Shown here piece after piece: positions 62,917-64,000 of a DNA stretch of 64,000 bases. Positions within the stretch are counted from its first letter, which is position 1, and every line of letters starts with the position of its first letter. Under the pieces are notes generated by a model. The model saw only the letters and a list, made by a program, of their open reading frames with translations, was not told the DNA's origin and searched no databases. This DNA comes from an uncultured Spirochaetaceae bacterium (GTDB lineage Bacteria > Spirochaetota > Spirochaetia > Treponematales > Treponemataceae): NCBI GenBank assembly GCA_902778325.1, contig CACYWZ010000005.1, positions 4,347 to 68,346 on the forward strand, in the 5' to 3' direction. The translations under genes were made by a program, and so were the position numbers.

Positions 62917-63957
62917 TCACTCAGGGAGTTTCAAATCGCCCTCTTTAATCCAACCGATTTTCTTGAGATACTTGCAAAGTGCAAGCGAAATGACGGCAGG
63001 AAGCACGAAACTGATAAGGATTAAACCAACCCAGTCAAAAACGCCAGGCTTGAAGAACGGGTCAGCATACCAGCCAGTGATGACTCCAATCTGTCCGACA
63101 AAGCCGCACGTTCCCATTCCGCTAGAAACAGCAGCGCCGTTCATCTTCAGCGCAAAAAGGCATGTCGAGAGAGGTCCTGTAATAACAGAAGCGAGAATCG
63201 GCGGTATCCAGATTTTCGGGTTTTTAACGATGTTCGGCATCTGGAGCATAGATGTTCCAAGCCCTTGCGACAAGAGTCCGCTCCAACCGTTTTCTGAAAA
63301 ACTCATAACAGCAAATCCAATCATCTGCGCGCTACAGCCTGCAACAGCAGCACCACCAGCAAGCCCTGTCAGTCCAAGAGCCGCGCAAATTGCAGCCGAG
63401 CTAATCGGAAGTGTGAGCGCAATGCCGACAACAGCGCTTATAATCATTCCCATTATAAATGGGCGCTGATTTGTTGCCCACATAATAAGATTGCCGACGG
63501 AACTTGCTGCAATGCCGATGTATTTTGCTGTCAGCACTGTCAGAAGAATGCCTGAAAGTATCGTTACGATTGGAGTTACAAGAATATCGACTTTTGTCTT
63601 TTTGCTCACAAGATTGCCACACTCTGCCGCAACTATCGCTATAACAAGAACAGCCAACGGGCCACCAGCGCCGCCAGTTTCGTTTGCAGCCGCACCAACG
63701 GCAACGAGCGAGAAGAGAACGAGAGCGCTTGACTTCATCGCGTATCCGATTCCGACAGCCATTGCCGCACCAAAAACCTTTTTGTCGCTTGCAAACTGTC
63801 CAGCCTTTACCAAATACCGAAAGAATGCGTTGTCATCAATCTTCAACAACTGCTGTCCGAGCGTGAGAATGATTGTGCCAACCAAAAGAGAGGCAAATAG
63901 TCCCTGAGCCATTCCGCTCAAGGCATCTACGAAATATCGTTTTGCATATTTATTCAT
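62917..63957 (-). CDS. PTS EIIC-like membrane protein (EIIC_2 family)
   Basis: ALSGMAQGLFASLLVG, LPISSAAI and GLGTSMLQMPNI.KNP motifs; SD ggagg. Confidence 0.85.
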   Translation of the reverse strand: MNKYAKRYFVDALSGMAQGLFASLLVGTIILTLGQQLLKIDDNAFFRYLVKAGQFASDKKVFGAAMAVGIGYAMKSSALVLFSLVAVGAAANETGGAGGPLAVLVIAIVAAECGNLVSKKTKVDILVTPIVTILSGILLTVLTAKYIGIAASSVGNLIMWATNQRPFIMGMIISAVVGIALTLPISSAAICAALGLTGLAGGAAVAGCSAQMIGFAVMSFSENGWSGLLSQGLGTSMLQMPNIVKNPKIWIPPILASVITGPLSTCLFALKMNGAAVSSGMGTCGFVGQIGVITGWYADPFFKPGVFDWVGLILISFVLPAVISLALCKYLKKIGWIKEGDLKLPE

Positions 63958-64000
63958 CTTTTCCTCCAAAGGATTTCTTAATAGTATAATTTTGATTGCA

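Noticed and set aside
1-64000. tRNA, rRNA, riboswitch, IS transposase or prophage genes
   Set aside because: No cloverleaf, rRNA signature, known riboswitch consensus, DDE/HUH transposase or phage structural gene was recognised; an Rfam or tRNAscan run would be needed to exclude them fully.

Overview
A 64-kb chromosomal segment from a spirochaete, most likely a gut or rumen Treponema (Treponema-type FlaB with a sigma28-like promoter, spirochaetal lipoproteins, leaderless housekeeping genes). The core genes are a pentose-type ABC transporter with xylulokinase, two 6-phosphofructokinases, an EAL/GGDEF pair, class III ribonucleotide reductase, split-alpha transhydrogenase, PepF, MetA, an LpoB/LPP20 lipoprotein cluster, a Gld-like ABC system and a diverged sigma70-family factor. 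The accessory DNA is: (i) an LlaJI-like restriction-modification locus behind an Mpi-like serine recombinase; (ii) a run of small modules (Imm30-like, DUF3791/DUF3990, PadR operon, PIN toxin-antitoxin, lipoprotein) separated by three copies of one terminator hairpin; (iii) a decayed type I RM locus (intact hsdM, single-TRD hsdS, Fic gene, frameshifted and truncated hsdR) bracketed by 42-bp tandem arrays; (iv) small orphan genes. The most unusual observations are a small AT-rich ORF with a convergent promoter that would make a ~75-nt hairpin RNA (candidate RNA-antitoxin module), an NrdD whose glycyl-radical segment is a separate 63-aa gene, at least seven intergenic arrays from six unrelated sequence families that all have a 41-42-bp period, a poly-G tract in a lipoprotein promoter spacer, and TGTCA...TGACA palindromic elements, one flanked by a 46-bp duplication. 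No rRNA, tRNA, CRISPR array, transposase or integrase was recognised. Family names come from motif recognition by eye, not database searches, and start codons are best estimates.
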